Source: an uncultured Oscillospiraceae bacterium (GTDB lineage Bacteria > Bacillota > Clostridia > Oscillospirales > Oscillospiraceae). Taken from it: DNA of 60,822 bases. Location: assembly GCA_964652075.1 (NCBI GenBank), contig CAZYZQ010000001.1, positions 1,538 through 62,359 of the forward strand. Direction: 5' to 3'. The notes below the pieces were generated by a model. It did not search any database. It saw only the letters and a program-made list of their open reading frames with translations, and was not told the origin of the DNA. The translations under genes and the position numbers were made by a program. The stretch's first letter is position 1, and each line of letters opens with the position of its first letter. Shown in pieces: positions 25,773 through 35,812 of this stretch.

Positions 25773-26846
25773 ATGCCGCCGAAATATCAGCTTCTGGCCG
25801 CCAGCCTGCGGCAATCCATTCTGGACGGAACCTACCCGCCCGCCTCCCTGCTGCCGACGGAGCAGGCCCTGTGCGAGTCCTCCGGCTACAGCCGCCAGAC
25901 CGTGCGCAGCGCGCTCGGCGAGCTTGTGCGCGACGGGTTCATCGAGCGTGTACAGGGCCGCGGCTCGGTCGTGCTCCGGCGCGCGCCGTCCGCAACCGCG
26001 CAGCCGCGCTCTGTCGCGGTCATCACGACGTATATCAGCAACTACATCTTCCCGTCGCTCCTGCGCGACATTGAGACGGAGCTGACCGCCAACCGCTGCA
26101 TCCCGCTCCTGTTCTCCACGAACAACCTGTTCTCCGTCGAGCGGCAGGCGCTGCAGGCGCTGCTGCTCTCGCCCTCGCTCGACGGCGTGATCGTCGAGGG
26201 GACGAAGACCACCCTGCCGAACCCGAACCTCGGGCTGTACCGGGAGCTGCTCGGGCGCGGCGTGCCGCTCGTGTTCATCAACGGCTGCTGCGCCGAACTG
26301 CGGAGCTTGCCCTGCGTGTTCGACGACAACGCCGCCGGGGGCCGGATGCTGGTGGAGTATCTGGCGAAAAAAGGGCACAAAAAAATCGCCGGCCTGTTTA
26401 AGAGCGACGACATTCAGGGCCAGCAGCGCTTTTCCGGCTATATGGAGGGGCTGGCCGCCTGCGGGCTGGAGCTGGACGACAGCCGCCTGTTCTGGTACGA
26501 CACGCAGTCGCTGAACAGCCTCTCCTCGCCGGAGCACGACCTCGCCCCCGCGCTGCTTGGCGCGCTGGACGGGTGTACGGCGGCCGTCTGCTACAACGAC
26601 GAAGCCGCGCTCCGGCTGGTACACGGCCTGCTGCGGCGCGGCCTGCGCGTGCCGGAGGACATGGCCGTCGTCAGCTTCGACAACAGCCGTCTGGCCGAGC
26701 TGTGCCCCCGGCCGCTGACCTCGCTCTCCCACGGCGCGCACAGCGTCGGCAAAACCGCCGTGCAGACGCTCCTCGCCCGCATGGAGGGCCGCGACGCGCC
26801 GTCGGTCGAGGTTCCGTGGGAGCTGATCGAGCGCGAGAGCGGCTGA
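25773..26846 (+). CDS. araR: AraR-type repressor (GntR HTH + LacI/PBP-like sugar-binding domain)
   Basis: The start is moved to the ATG at 25773 behind AAAAGGAG (the track starts at 25620). It has an N-terminal GntR wHTH (LPTEQALCESSGYSRQTVRSALGELVRDGFIERVQGRGSVV) and a periplasmic-binding-protein-like C-terminal domain. It is divergent from the ara operon. Confidence 0.88.
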   Translation: MPPKYQLLAASLRQSILDGTYPPASLLPTEQALCESSGYSRQTVRSALGELVRDGFIERVQGRGSVVLRRAPSATAQPRSVAVITTYISNYIFPSLLRDIETELTANRCIPLLFSTNNLFSVERQALQALLLSPSLDGVIVEGTKTTLPNPNLGLYRELLGRGVPLVFINGCCAELRSLPCVFDDNAAGGRMLVEYLAKKGHKKIAGLFKSDDIQGQQRFSGYMEGLAACGLELDDSRLFWYDTQSLNSLSSPEHDLAPALLGALDGCTAAVCYNDEAALRLVHGLLRRGLRVPEDMAVVSFDNSRLAELCPRPLTSLSHGAHSVGKTAVQTLLARMEGRDAPSVEVPWELIERESG

Positions 26847-26878
26847 GAAGCGCCGGAGCCGGAACGCCAATATGGAGA

Positions 26879-26924
26879 ACCCCCGCGACCCCGCGTGCAA
26901 CACGCGGCGCCGCGGGGGTTTTGC
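26879..26924 (+). terminator. Compound hairpin terminator after araR
   Basis: The outer stem is AACCCCCGCG / CGCGGGGGTT and the inner stem is CCGCGTG-CAA-CACGCGG, followed by TTTTG. Confidence 0.6.
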
Positions 26925-26937
26925 TGCGCCGCCCCTT

Positions 26938-27420
26938 TTAATACAGCCCGTGGTACGCCGGCAGCGGGTAATCCAGCTCGTAATTCCGGCACAGTGAAAT
27001 AAATTCCTTCGCCGACGACGTGAGAAATTTCTCCCTGTGATAGACAATGTGAAACTTCCGCCGGAACTCCAGCCCCTCCACCTGAATCGCCACAACAAGC
27101 CCCCGCTCCAGCGCGCCGGCGACCAGGCGGCGCGGCAGCACCGCGATCCCCAGCCCGTCCATCACCGCGTTCACCAGCGCCGTCGTGCTCATCGCCTCCC
27201 AGTAGGGGCTGATCGTGAAGCCCGCCCGCTCCACCGTGCGGTCAAACGTCTCCCGCGTCCCGCTCCCGTGCTCGCGCAGCAAAAACCGCTGCGCGCGGAA
27301 CTCCTCCAGCGTCAGGGTCTGCCCCTGCGCAAACCGGCCGTCCGCCGGGCCGATCACGCTGAGACTGTCCTCCATATACGCCTCGCTGACAAGCGCGGGC
27401 GTGTGGGGGATGCCCTCCTC
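26938..27420 (-). pseudogene. LysR-family regulator remnant (C-terminal substrate-binding half only; HTH missing)
   Basis: The 145-aa ORF plus about 15 upstream in-frame codons (EEGIPHTPALVSEAY) match only the distal part of a LysR effector domain (EDSLSVIGP...FLLREHGSGTRETF...STTALVNAVMDGLGIAVLPRRLV). Further upstream the frame runs antisense into chrA, so the N-terminal ~150 aa of a normal LysR are absent. The upper boundary is approximate. Confidence 0.65.
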
Positions 27421-27443
27421 CGGGAGAGAAAGGCGGGGAAACC

Positions 27444-28007
27444 ATGATCTATCTTTCGCTGCTCTGGAGCTTTTTTCAGATCGGCCTGTTCAGCATCGGC
27501 GGCGGCTATGCGGCGGTGCCGCTCATCCAGCACCAGGTCGTCGATCTGCACCCCTGGTTGCGTATGACGCAGTTTGCGGACATTATGACGATTGCGGAGA
27601 TGACGCCCGGCCCCATCGCCATCAACGCCGCGACCTTTGTCGGAATTCAGGTCGCGGGCATCCCGGGCGCGCTCGTCGCAACCGCCGGCTGCATTCTGCC
27701 CTCCTGCGCCATTGTCACGGCGCTGGCCTTCCTCTACTACCGCTTCCGCAGGCTGACGCTGGTGCAGGGCGTTCTGGAGGGGCTGCGGCCCGCCGTGATT
27801 GCCATGATCGCTTCGGCGGCGCTCTCCCTGCTGATCCTGTCGCTCTACGGCCAGCGCACCCTGCCACCTGATTTGCGCAGGATCAATTTTATCTCCGTCG
27901 CGATCTTTGCGGCAGCTCTGTTTATTCTACGCAAATGGAAAATAAACCCCATCCTGGTCATGCTGGGCGCGGGAGCAACCGGCGTGCTGTTATATTCCGT
28001 ATTCTAA
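27444..28007 (+). CDS. chrA: Chromate transporter family protein, half-size (single copy)
   Basis: 187 aa. FFQIGLFSIGGGYAAVPLIQHQVVD..WL...FADIMTIAEMTPGPIAINAATFVG is the ChrA signature. The family usually occurs as a full-length duplicated protein or as two adjacent half-size genes. Confidence 0.88.
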   Translation: MIYLSLLWSFFQIGLFSIGGGYAAVPLIQHQVVDLHPWLRMTQFADIMTIAEMTPGPIAINAATFVGIQVAGIPGALVATAGCILPSCAIVTALAFLYYRFRRLTLVQGVLEGLRPAVIAMIASAALSLLILSLYGQRTLPPDLRRINFISVAIFAAALFILRKWKINPILVMLGAGATGVLLYSVF

Positions 28008-28021
28008 CGGAGGGATTCCAG

Positions 28022-28546
28022 ATGAAATATACGATGAAAGCCGGCGTGCTTTATCAAGGAAATCACATGCTGGCCCGGTTGAAAGGCTCATGCAGCGCTC
28101 AGGAACGGCGCGTCTTTCTTGCAGACGGAAAGCTGATTCTACGGGCAACGATACAGACGCTCCATGATCCCGCCAGAAAAGACGGGGATGTGCGCCTGCG
28201 GCGCTACATTCTGGTTGATACAGCCGGAAAGGAATGCGCAGTTGCAAAACCCGATTACGCAGAGGGAGATGATCCTGAAATCGTCGGTTGGCCCATTTAC
28301 AGGATGCCGAGTGTCGACCATGCACAGTTCCTGTATCACGATGCCGCTTATCTGCTCTGCGTGGAAAACCGTCAATCCTATTGTATGACAGACAAGTCCG
28401 GAAACATTGTGGTTCACATTTTTCATAGAGGTCTTGTCGGTGGGTGGAACATTGACGCAGACGGCGCCTTCCCGCCCGAGCTGGTCTGCGGCATTTTTAT
28501 CTGCTGCCGCTATATGGAGCACGAAAACGAGTTTCAAAGCGTATAG
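28022..28546 (+). CDS. Hypothetical protein
   Basis: The start is moved to the ATG at 28022 behind GGAGGG (the track starts at 27935), giving 174 aa. GC is locally lower than in neighbouring genes. I recognise no motif with confidence. Confidence 0.6.
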   Translation: MKYTMKAGVLYQGNHMLARLKGSCSAQERRVFLADGKLILRATIQTLHDPARKDGDVRLRRYILVDTAGKECAVAKPDYAEGDDPEIVGWPIYRMPSVDHAQFLYHDAAYLLCVENRQSYCMTDKSGNIVVHIFHRGLVGGWNIDADGAFPPELVCGIFICCRYMEHENEFQSV

Positions 28547-28735
28547 CGCCGGCCCGCAAATCCCAGCGGGAGCGAACGCAGGGAACGGCCGCCGTGACAG
28601 GCGCGGAAAACAGCTGCAAAAACCCCCGCGACAGCCGCACAGCTGCGGCCGCCGCGGGGGTATCTGTTTGAATACCGCTGTGAAACCGGAAGCGTCACAG
28701 GGCGCGGCTGCCGCGTCGGGGCCCTCCCGCCCCGC

Positions 28736-31090
28736 CTATCTCACCGAAAGCCTTGCCTCTTCGCCGTCTGTCTTTGCCGTCAGCACTGCCTTCCCGTCCG
28801 GGCCGAGCAGCACCGCTGCCAGAGCGCGGCCGTAGCAGGTGGTGTACACACCCGCCGTGAAGCGCTCCTCCGTCCGCGACCGGGCGCTGCCGAAGCCGAG
28901 CAGCGTGCCGCCCTCCACCGTGACCGTCACCGGCCGGTCGGCGCAGCTCTCCACGACGCCGTTTTCGCCCACGAGCTCCACGTCCACAAAGACCAGCGCG
29001 CCCGGCCCGGTTTTTTCGCCCGGCTCCTGCGTCAGCCGGAGCGTTGTTGCGCCCTGCGCGGATTCGAGCCTGCTGTAGCCCGTCTGGTTGCCCGACGCAT
29101 CGTAGCTGAACGCCTCGAGGACGCCCGGCTCGTAGACGCAGTCATAGGCCGCGACGCCTTCCTCCGGCGCCTTCACGCCAAGCGAGCTCCCGTTGATCCG
29201 CAGCTCCACAGACGGCGCCCGGCTGTAGACCTCCACGCTTGTCGGGTTGCCCGCGCAGCCCGCGAAGCTCCAGCTGGGGATCGCGTTCGAGCCGCGCCAG
29301 CCGCCCTTTGCCGGCACAACGCCCGGGTGGCAGACGTCGGGGCTGACGGCGATTGCGGGCGCGGTGCGCAGATCCCACGCCGCCTGCGCCAGGTACAGTT
29401 CGCCCGTCGGCGTGCCGAGCAGATCCATCGCGCCGACCTCGGCCAGCAGCCACGGATAGGGCTTCGTGAAGCCCGCGCCGTCGGCGTCGTAGGCCCACGC
29501 GCCGACGCCGACCTCGCCGATGTAGTCCAGCGCCGTCCACATGAAGTCGCCGATCAGATACGGCATGGCCTTCACGGCCTCCCAGTTGCGGTAGATGCAC
29601 TGCGGGAACGTCTCCGAGCCGACGATGACGCGCTCCGGGTGCAGCCCGCCCTCCAGCTCGTAGCGGCCGTACGCGTAGTTGTACCCGGCCACGTCCACCT
29701 TTTCAAAGAGCGGCGCGGAGGCCCTGTCCGCCGCCGGGCTGCGCGTTGTCAGCTCCATCTTGGCGCCGAGCTGGGAGGTCAGCTCATTGAACTTTGTGGA
29801 GTCCATCCCCTCGAACTGCTTCTCGAACGTGCCGCCGGAGCCGTCCAGATTGGGGTCGAACGCCTCGTCCCCGATCTGGCTGTTGTAGAGGATCATGATG
29901 TTGCAGCCCACCGTGACAAGCCGCGTATCGTCCAGCCGCCGGAAGGCGTCCGCCAGCTTGCCGGCCAGCTCGACGCCCTTCTGCTCCGCCGGCTCGGAGA
30001 TCTCGTTGCCGATCGAATAAAACAGCACGGACGGGTGGTTGTAGTCCGTCTCCACCATTGCGCGGATATCCGCCTCGTAGTTGTCCATAAAGTCCAGGCC
30101 GTAGTCAAAGCGCGTCTTGCGCTTGTACCACATGTCCCAGCCCTCGTCCATGACGTACAGGCCGAGCCGGTCGCAGGCGTCCAGCAGCGCGGGCGAGGCC
30201 GGGTTGTGCGCGATGCGCAGCGCGTTGAAGCCCGCGTCCTTGAGGAGCCTTGCCTTGCGGTACTCGGCCTCCGGGAACGACGCCGCGCCGAGCACGCCGT
30301 TGTCGCTGTGGATGCAGCCGCCGCGCAGCAGCGTCTTTTCCCCATTCACGAACAGGCCCTGCGGCGAGCAGGTCACCATGCGGATGCCGAAAGTCGTCTC
30401 CGCCGTGTCCGCGACCGCGCCGTCTTCTTTGACCACGGCTCTGCAGGTGTAGAGCGCGGGGTTCGTCTCGTCCCACAGCGCCGCGTCCGGAATTGTGATC
30501 TCCGCCTGCACCCCCGTCGCCGTCGCGACCGTCCGGCCGCTGCGCAGGATCTCAAGCTCCGCCTCGGCGGCGTTCGTGTCCACGGAAACCTGCACTACCG
30601 CCGGCTCCAGCGAGACAGTCTTCACCCGCAGGCCGTACGGCTCGATCCGCGTCCTGCCGCCGACCCAGAGCCACACGGGGCGGTAGATGCCGCCGCCGGA
30701 GTACCAGCGGCTGTTCGGCACCTCGCTGTTGTCGGCCTCCACCTCGATCCGGTTGCTTTCTCCGGCCCGCACCGCGTCCGTCACGTCGAGCCGGAACGGG
30801 CTGTAGCCGTAGCGCCAGCTGCCTACGGTCTTGCCGTTGACGCGGACGGTCGCGTTGCGGTAGACGCCCTCGAAGTGGAGCAGCAGCCGCTTCCCGGCGT
30901 ATTCGGCCGGCGCCTGCCACAGCTTCTCGTAGCAGTACACGCCGCCCGGGAAATACGCGCCGCCGCTGCCGCTCTTCTCGTCCGGATGGCGCCGCTGGAG
31001 CTGCATCGCGTCGTGCGGCAGGATCACCGGGCGCTTTTCCGCGCCCTTCAGGCCGTAGCGCCAGCCGTCTGTAAACAGGATTTTCTCCAT
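28736..31090 (-). CDS. GH2 glycoside hydrolase (beta-galactosidase / beta-glucuronidase family)
   Basis: The real start is the ATG at 31090 (MEKILFTDGWRY), giving 784 aa. The 1443-aa track ORF is an upstream read-through artefact. GH2 hallmarks include FEGVYRNATVRVNG, RWYSGGGIYRPVWL, GFNALRIAHNP, HPSVLFYSIGNE and AGYNYAY. Confidence 0.92.
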   Translation of the reverse strand: MEKILFTDGWRYGLKGAEKRPVILPHDAMQLQRRHPDEKSGSGGAYFPGGVYCYEKLWQAPAEYAGKRLLLHFEGVYRNATVRVNGKTVGSWRYGYSPFRLDVTDAVRAGESNRIEVEADNSEVPNSRWYSGGGIYRPVWLWVGGRTRIEPYGLRVKTVSLEPAVVQVSVDTNAAEAELEILRSGRTVATATGVQAEITIPDAALWDETNPALYTCRAVVKEDGAVADTAETTFGIRMVTCSPQGLFVNGEKTLLRGGCIHSDNGVLGAASFPEAEYRKARLLKDAGFNALRIAHNPASPALLDACDRLGLYVMDEGWDMWYKRKTRFDYGLDFMDNYEADIRAMVETDYNHPSVLFYSIGNEISEPAEQKGVELAGKLADAFRRLDDTRLVTVGCNIMILYNSQIGDEAFDPNLDGSGGTFEKQFEGMDSTKFNELTSQLGAKMELTTRSPAADRASAPLFEKVDVAGYNYAYGRYELEGGLHPERVIVGSETFPQCIYRNWEAVKAMPYLIGDFMWTALDYIGEVGVGAWAYDADGAGFTKPYPWLLAEVGAMDLLGTPTGELYLAQAAWDLRTAPAIAVSPDVCHPGVVPAKGGWRGSNAIPSWSFAGCAGNPTSVEVYSRAPSVELRINGSSLGVKAPEEGVAAYDCVYEPGVLEAFSYDASGNQTGYSRLESAQGATTLRLTQEPGEKTGPGALVFVDVELVGENGVVESCADRPVTVTVEGGTLLGFGSARSRTEERFTAGVYTTCYGRALAAVLLGPDGKAVLTAKTDGEEARLSVR

Positions 31091-31363
31091 TGTTTCCCCT
31101 TCCCCCTCCCCGCGCGCGGCGGGAAAGCGTCCAAATCCGCGGCGGCACATGTCGTGCCGCCGCCTTCCGATATCTTCATTGTAACACAACCATTTCCGGA
31201 AGTCCAGCCCCCACCGGCGCCCCGCTCGTTGGGGGCCTGCGCGGACAAATCCGCAGAATAGGTGGAGGAAACCGGACAATCCGTGCGGATGGGATTGACT
31301 TTTTTCCCGCAACCCGGTAGCCTGAAGCCAGCCCGTACACCGGGCAGAACGGAGGAACCCATT

Positions 31364-32650
31364 ATGTCCCAGCTCCCTTCCCTGTGCGATTCTGTCCACT
31401 TCGCCGGCCTGCGCGCCAAGCTGCCCGACTACCGGCAGCAGGAGCGCGTGCGAAACGGCTGGCTCCGCCGCCGCTTTGAAACGATCCTGCCCGCGCTCAT
31501 GCGGCGCACCGGCATCGACCTCTGGGTCGTCTGCTGCCGGGAGTACAACGAGGACCCGGTGCTCACCACGCTCGTGCCCTGCGCGATGATGACCGCGCGG
31601 CGCACCACGATGCTGGTGTTCCATCTGCAACCGGACGGCACCGTCCGGCCCATGGCCATCACCCGGCCCGGCGTGGGGCTGGACGGCTACTACGAGGCCA
31701 TGTGGGCGCGCGGCGCGGAGAGCCAGTGGGAATGCCTGAACCGCGTGCTCACCGAGTGCGCGCCCCGGCGGATCGGCATCAACCGCTCCGAAACCTTCGC
31801 CTTTGCCGACGGCCTGTCCCAGACGCTCTACGAGACGCTCTGTGCCAGCCTCAGCCCGGAAAACAGGGCAAAGCTCTGCCCGGCCGAGGCGCTCTGCGTG
31901 GGCTGGCTGGAGACGCGCCTGCCCGAGGAGATGGCCGCCTACGACGGCATTGTCCAGCTGGCGCACGCGCTGATCCGCGAGGCCTTCTCCAGCCGGGTGG
32001 TCACGCCGGGCGTCACCACCAATCTGGATGTGAAATACTTTATGCTCCAGCAGGCGAAGGAGCTGGATCTCGCGCCGTGGTTCGACTACGAGGTGTCCAT
32101 CACCCGGGCGGGCGTGGGCGTGATTGAGGCGGAGACGGTCATTCTGCCGGGCGACCTTTTGCACTGCGACGTGGGCATCCGCTGCCTGAACCTCTGCACC
32201 GACGCGCAGGAGAACGCCTACGTGTTGCGCCCCGGCGAGACGGAGGCCCCGCCCTTTTTGCAGGCGCTGCAGCGCCGGATCAACCGGCAGCAGGACATTG
32301 TGCGCGCCTGCTTTCAGGAGGGCCGGACGGGCAACGAGGTGCTCGCCCTTGCCCGCGCGCAGGCGAGCGCCGAGGGGCTTGGCCCCTGCATCTACACCCA
32401 CCCGCTCGGCTACCACGGCCACGGCGCGGGGCCGATGATCGGCCTGTGGGATATGCAGGAGGGCGTGCCCGGCACCGGCGACTACCCGCTCCACAACGAC
32501 ACCTGCTACGCCCTCGAGATGAGCTGCGAGGCGGATCTGCCTGAATGGGGCGTCCGGTTCTTTTTCGGCGCGGAGACAGAGCTGCTGTTCACCGGCGGGC
32601 AGACTTACTATCTGGGCGGGCGGCAGACGGCGCTGCACCTGATCCGCTAA
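31364..32650 (+). CDS. M24-family metallopeptidase (Xaa-Pro aminopeptidase / creatinase fold)
   Basis: The start is moved to the ATG at 31364 behind GGAGGA, giving 428 aa. The pita-bread fold motifs are present: LHCDVGI, HPLGYHGHG and the metal-ligand pattern D..D..H..E..E. Confidence 0.8.
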   Translation: MSQLPSLCDSVHFAGLRAKLPDYRQQERVRNGWLRRRFETILPALMRRTGIDLWVVCCREYNEDPVLTTLVPCAMMTARRTTMLVFHLQPDGTVRPMAITRPGVGLDGYYEAMWARGAESQWECLNRVLTECAPRRIGINRSETFAFADGLSQTLYETLCASLSPENRAKLCPAEALCVGWLETRLPEEMAAYDGIVQLAHALIREAFSSRVVTPGVTTNLDVKYFMLQQAKELDLAPWFDYEVSITRAGVGVIEAETVILPGDLLHCDVGIRCLNLCTDAQENAYVLRPGETEAPPFLQALQRRINRQQDIVRACFQEGRTGNEVLALARAQASAEGLGPCIYTHPLGYHGHGAGPMIGLWDMQEGVPGTGDYPLHNDTCYALEMSCEADLPEWGVRFFFGAETELLFTGGQTYYLGGRQTALHLIR

Positions 32651-32786
32651 TCCGGTCAAAACCGGAGAATAGGTGGACAAAATCAGTACAAGCTCGCGCA
32701 AAACCTTGACAGCCAGATTTTTGCCGTTTATGCTGAGAACAGCAGGACACAGCGCCTGCAAACCTGTAAAAAGAAGGGAATATGCA

Positions 32787-34430
32787 ATGAAAACGTGGAA
32801 AAAGCTTCTTTCCCTGCTGCTGGTTGCCGCACTCTGCCTCGCTCTTCTGGCCGCGTGCGCATCCAAGACGGAAACGCAGCCGGAAGACACGCCCACGCAG
32901 GAACCGCAGGACAGCGAGCCCGCCGAAAACCCGCAGGACGGCGAAGCGCCTGCCGAGACCTCCGAGGATGAGAACCCGGCCCCCGCTGAGGACCCCGACG
33001 ACGGGGAGGAGGACGAGACGGTCGAGATCGTCATGGCCATCCTGGACATGAAGGGCGACAACAGCAACTACGACGCCAAGATCGAGGAGGCCGTCAACGC
33101 CATCACCGGCCCGGCCATCGGCGTCACCGTCGATCTGAAATACTACGACTACGGCAACTACGCGACCCAGATCTCGCTGGCCGTCTCCGGCGGCGAGGTG
33201 CTGGATCTGGTCAACATCGTGCCGCTGCCCGGCATCGCGTTCAACGAGCTCTACTCCAACGGCGAGCTGCTGGACATCTCCAGCTATCTGGCTGAGGACT
33301 ACGCAAAAGACCTTATGAACGTGGTTGGCGATTACGTCGGCGGCTACAGCATCGGCGGCGGCATCTATGCCGTGCCGACCTACCGCATCTACACCTCCGA
33401 CAACTACATCGTCATGCGCAAGGACATTCTGGAGGAGCTGGGCATGGTGGAGCTGGCCGAGAACCTGTCCACCCAGACCGAGCTTGACCAGATCTTCGGC
33501 GCGGTCAAGCAGAACACCGATCTGTACCCGATCGGCGGCTCCAAGCGGCTGGAGAGCCCCACGTCCTACCGCTGCTTCCATGTGGAGAACTTTGCCGACT
33601 CCCTCTCGTGGGACAACCTCGGCGACAGCACCTACCTGCTGATGACCGACAAGGACGGCCATGTCTTCAACGGCTTCACCGACCCGAGCTTCGAGCAGAT
33701 GTGCCAGAACTTCACGGGCTGGATGGAGAAGGGCTATATCTGGCCGGACACCATCACGAACGAGGACACCAGCGACTCCATCATCAAGCAGGGCGTGATC
33801 TTCTGCACCATGGACCTGTCCGAGTACGGCGTCGAGGTGGCCAAGAAGGAGACCACCGGCTATGAGGTCGTCTGCCCGCGCGTTGCCTACGGCGAGGTCA
33901 CGAACTCCCGCGTCATCGGCTTCGGTCTGGGCGTCCCCGTCACCTCCGAGGAGCCGGAGGCCGCGATCCGCTTCCTGAACCTGCTCTACAACAGCTCCGA
34001 GCTGATGAACATTCTGACCTGGGGCATCGAGGGCGAGGACTATGTGACCCTCCCCACCGGCGAGATCGACTACCCCGAGGGCCTCGACCCCAGCACGGTT
34101 GAGTACCACAACGCCGACTACCTGCTGGGCAACCAGTTCCTGGACGCCCCGTGGGCCGGCAACGGCGGCGACTTCCGCGCCCGCGCGCTGGAGGTCAATG
34201 AGAACGCGCAGATCTCCCCGTATCTGAGCTTCGCGCTGGATGTCTCGGCGCTGGGCGACCAGATCACCGCCATCGGCAGCGTCGTGGACGAGTACACCCC
34301 GAACCTGATATCCGGCTACTACACCCCCGAGCTGTACCAGCAGTTCGTGGAGAAGCTGGAAGCCGCCGGCGCGCAGACCTACATTGACGCCTGCCAGACC
34401 CAGCTCGACGCATGGGCCGCCGCGCAATAA
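32787..34430 (+). CDS. Large extracellular solute-binding lipoprotein (paralog of 20084..21661)
   Basis: The start is moved to the ATG at 32787 (MKTWKKLLSLLLVAALCLALLAAC lipobox), giving 547 aa. It has an acidic linker, then blocks shared with the other SBP (GGEVLDL, GIYAVPTYR, IVMRKDILEELG, VKQNTDLYP, FLNLLY, WGIEGEDY, GGDFRARA). Confidence 0.85.
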   Translation: MKTWKKLLSLLLVAALCLALLAACASKTETQPEDTPTQEPQDSEPAENPQDGEAPAETSEDENPAPAEDPDDGEEDETVEIVMAILDMKGDNSNYDAKIEEAVNAITGPAIGVTVDLKYYDYGNYATQISLAVSGGEVLDLVNIVPLPGIAFNELYSNGELLDISSYLAEDYAKDLMNVVGDYVGGYSIGGGIYAVPTYRIYTSDNYIVMRKDILEELGMVELAENLSTQTELDQIFGAVKQNTDLYPIGGSKRLESPTSYRCFHVENFADSLSWDNLGDSTYLLMTDKDGHVFNGFTDPSFEQMCQNFTGWMEKGYIWPDTITNEDTSDSIIKQGVIFCTMDLSEYGVEVAKKETTGYEVVCPRVAYGEVTNSRVIGFGLGVPVTSEEPEAAIRFLNLLYNSSELMNILTWGIEGEDYVTLPTGEIDYPEGLDPSTVEYHNADYLLGNQFLDAPWAGNGGDFRARALEVNENAQISPYLSFALDVSALGDQITAIGSVVDEYTPNLISGYYTPELYQQFVEKLEAAGAQTYIDACQTQLDAWAAAQ

Positions 34431-34503
34431 CCTACCGCATCTTCCTTTTCTTCCCCCAAAGCAGAAGGCACAGGCTGCCAAACGGCGGCCTGTGCCTTCC
34501 TGT

Positions 34504-35313
34504 CTATTCGCTCCCGCCGTTGCGGGCGCGGTATTCCCGTGTGTTGAAGCCCGTCTCCCGATGGAAGATCCGGGCGAAATACTTCACATCCGAAAAGCCG
34601 CAGCGCGCCGCGATCTGGGCCACCGGCAGATCCGTCGTGAGCAGCAGCTTGCGCGCCGCGTCGATCCGCAGCCGGTTCAGATACGCAACAGGCGGGCAGT
34701 TGTAGAACCTGCGGAACTGCTTGCGCACGTAGTCCGCCGTCATGGGAATCGCCCGAATGGCGTCCGAGACCTTGAACGCCGGGTCAAACAGGTGCTCCTG
34801 CATGGTCTGCACCAGACCGAGCAGCTCCGGAATCGGCTGCGGGATCTGCCAGCCGATCAGGATGTGCTGCATGGTGCTCTCGATGCTGCGCAGGATATTC
34901 ATCCAGTTGGCCGTGCCCTGATGGATAATCCGGTCATAGAGGGCGATCAGGTCGCGGAAGGAGTGGTAGGCGTCGTCCTGAAAGACGGCAATCTGGTCGT
35001 TCGGCAGCAGCGACGTCATCACGCCCACGCAGTAATCGTCGAAAAACGTATCGGTCACGTTCCGGTGCGGCACATAGGGCGGGACGCAGAAGATCGTCCC
35101 CGGCGTGAAGGGATAGCGCCGGTCCCCGGACTCCAGCGCGCCCTCGCCGCTCAGAATCAGGATGATCTCCCAGTTGTGGTGCGCATGGGGCGGCTGGCGC
35201 AGGGATTCCTCCGCCGTGATCCGGCCCGCGTTCCCGCAGAACGCCACCGGCAGATCATTCGGTATGATACACACCTCGGGCGGCAGATTCGCCGCCTGCC
35301 GGGCCTTCGCCAT
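34504..35313 (-). CDS. AraC-family transcriptional regulator (cupin + HTH)
   Basis: 269 aa with a cupin half (HAHHNWEIILILSGEG) and a C-terminal AraC HTH (DLPVAQIAARCGFSDVKYFARIFHRETG). Confidence 0.9.
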   Translation of the reverse strand: MAKARQAANLPPEVCIIPNDLPVAFCGNAGRITAEESLRQPPHAHHNWEIILILSGEGALESGDRRYPFTPGTIFCVPPYVPHRNVTDTFFDDYCVGVMTSLLPNDQIAVFQDDAYHSFRDLIALYDRIIHQGTANWMNILRSIESTMQHILIGWQIPQPIPELLGLVQTMQEHLFDPAFKVSDAIRAIPMTADYVRKQFRRFYNCPPVAYLNRLRIDAARKLLLTTDLPVAQIAARCGFSDVKYFARIFHRETGFNTREYRARNGGSE

Positions 35314-35352
35314 GGGGATCCCTCCTTGTATTTTGAACGCATCACCGCACCC

Positions 35353-35585
35353 CCAATAGAACGTCTTTCGTAAGCGCCCCAGAGGGGAGCTGGCGGCGAT
35401 AGCCGCCTGAAGGGGGACGCGGCAGGGATCTGTGATATAAAAAGACTTTCGGCAAATTCGTAATATCCAAATCCAAGCGTCTTATTCGTAGCCCTTCATC
35501 TCGCGCAAGTCCATCCCCCTTTCGTCACGGGCTTTCGCCCGTGCCACCTCCCCCTCTGGGGAGGTCACGGGGGACGTTCTATTGG
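35353..35585. repeat. Mosaic hairpin repeat element, copy B (inverted relative to copy A)
   Basis: A 233-bp element. Its reverse complement aligns with 7813-7875 and about 7990-8100 of copy A, including both CCAATAGAAC/GTTCTATTGG ends. It lacks about 55-70 bp of the interior of A. Confidence 0.8.
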
Positions 35586-35812
35586 AAGACTGTGTAAAAT
35601 TCCAGCGCATCCCGGCGGCGTGGCAACCACGTCGCGACGCGAATGCCAGGGAATGTCCCATCTTTCGCCATTATACCACACGCGCTTCTCCGCTGCAAAG
35701 GCATATTTTGCGTCCGGTTTTCTCCACCTATTGTCCTCTTTCATATCTTGTGCGGCGGGGGACTTTCCATTATAATAGAACCAAAGACAAATACCTGAAG
35801 GAGGAACCCCCT

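Noticed and set aside
31091-33067. Upstream 659 codons of the 1443-aa minus-strand ORF 28736..33067
   Set aside because: Only the part from the ATG at 31090 downstream is GH2-like. The upstream extension runs antisense through the M24 peptidase gene and the SBP gene start and has no protein-like features.
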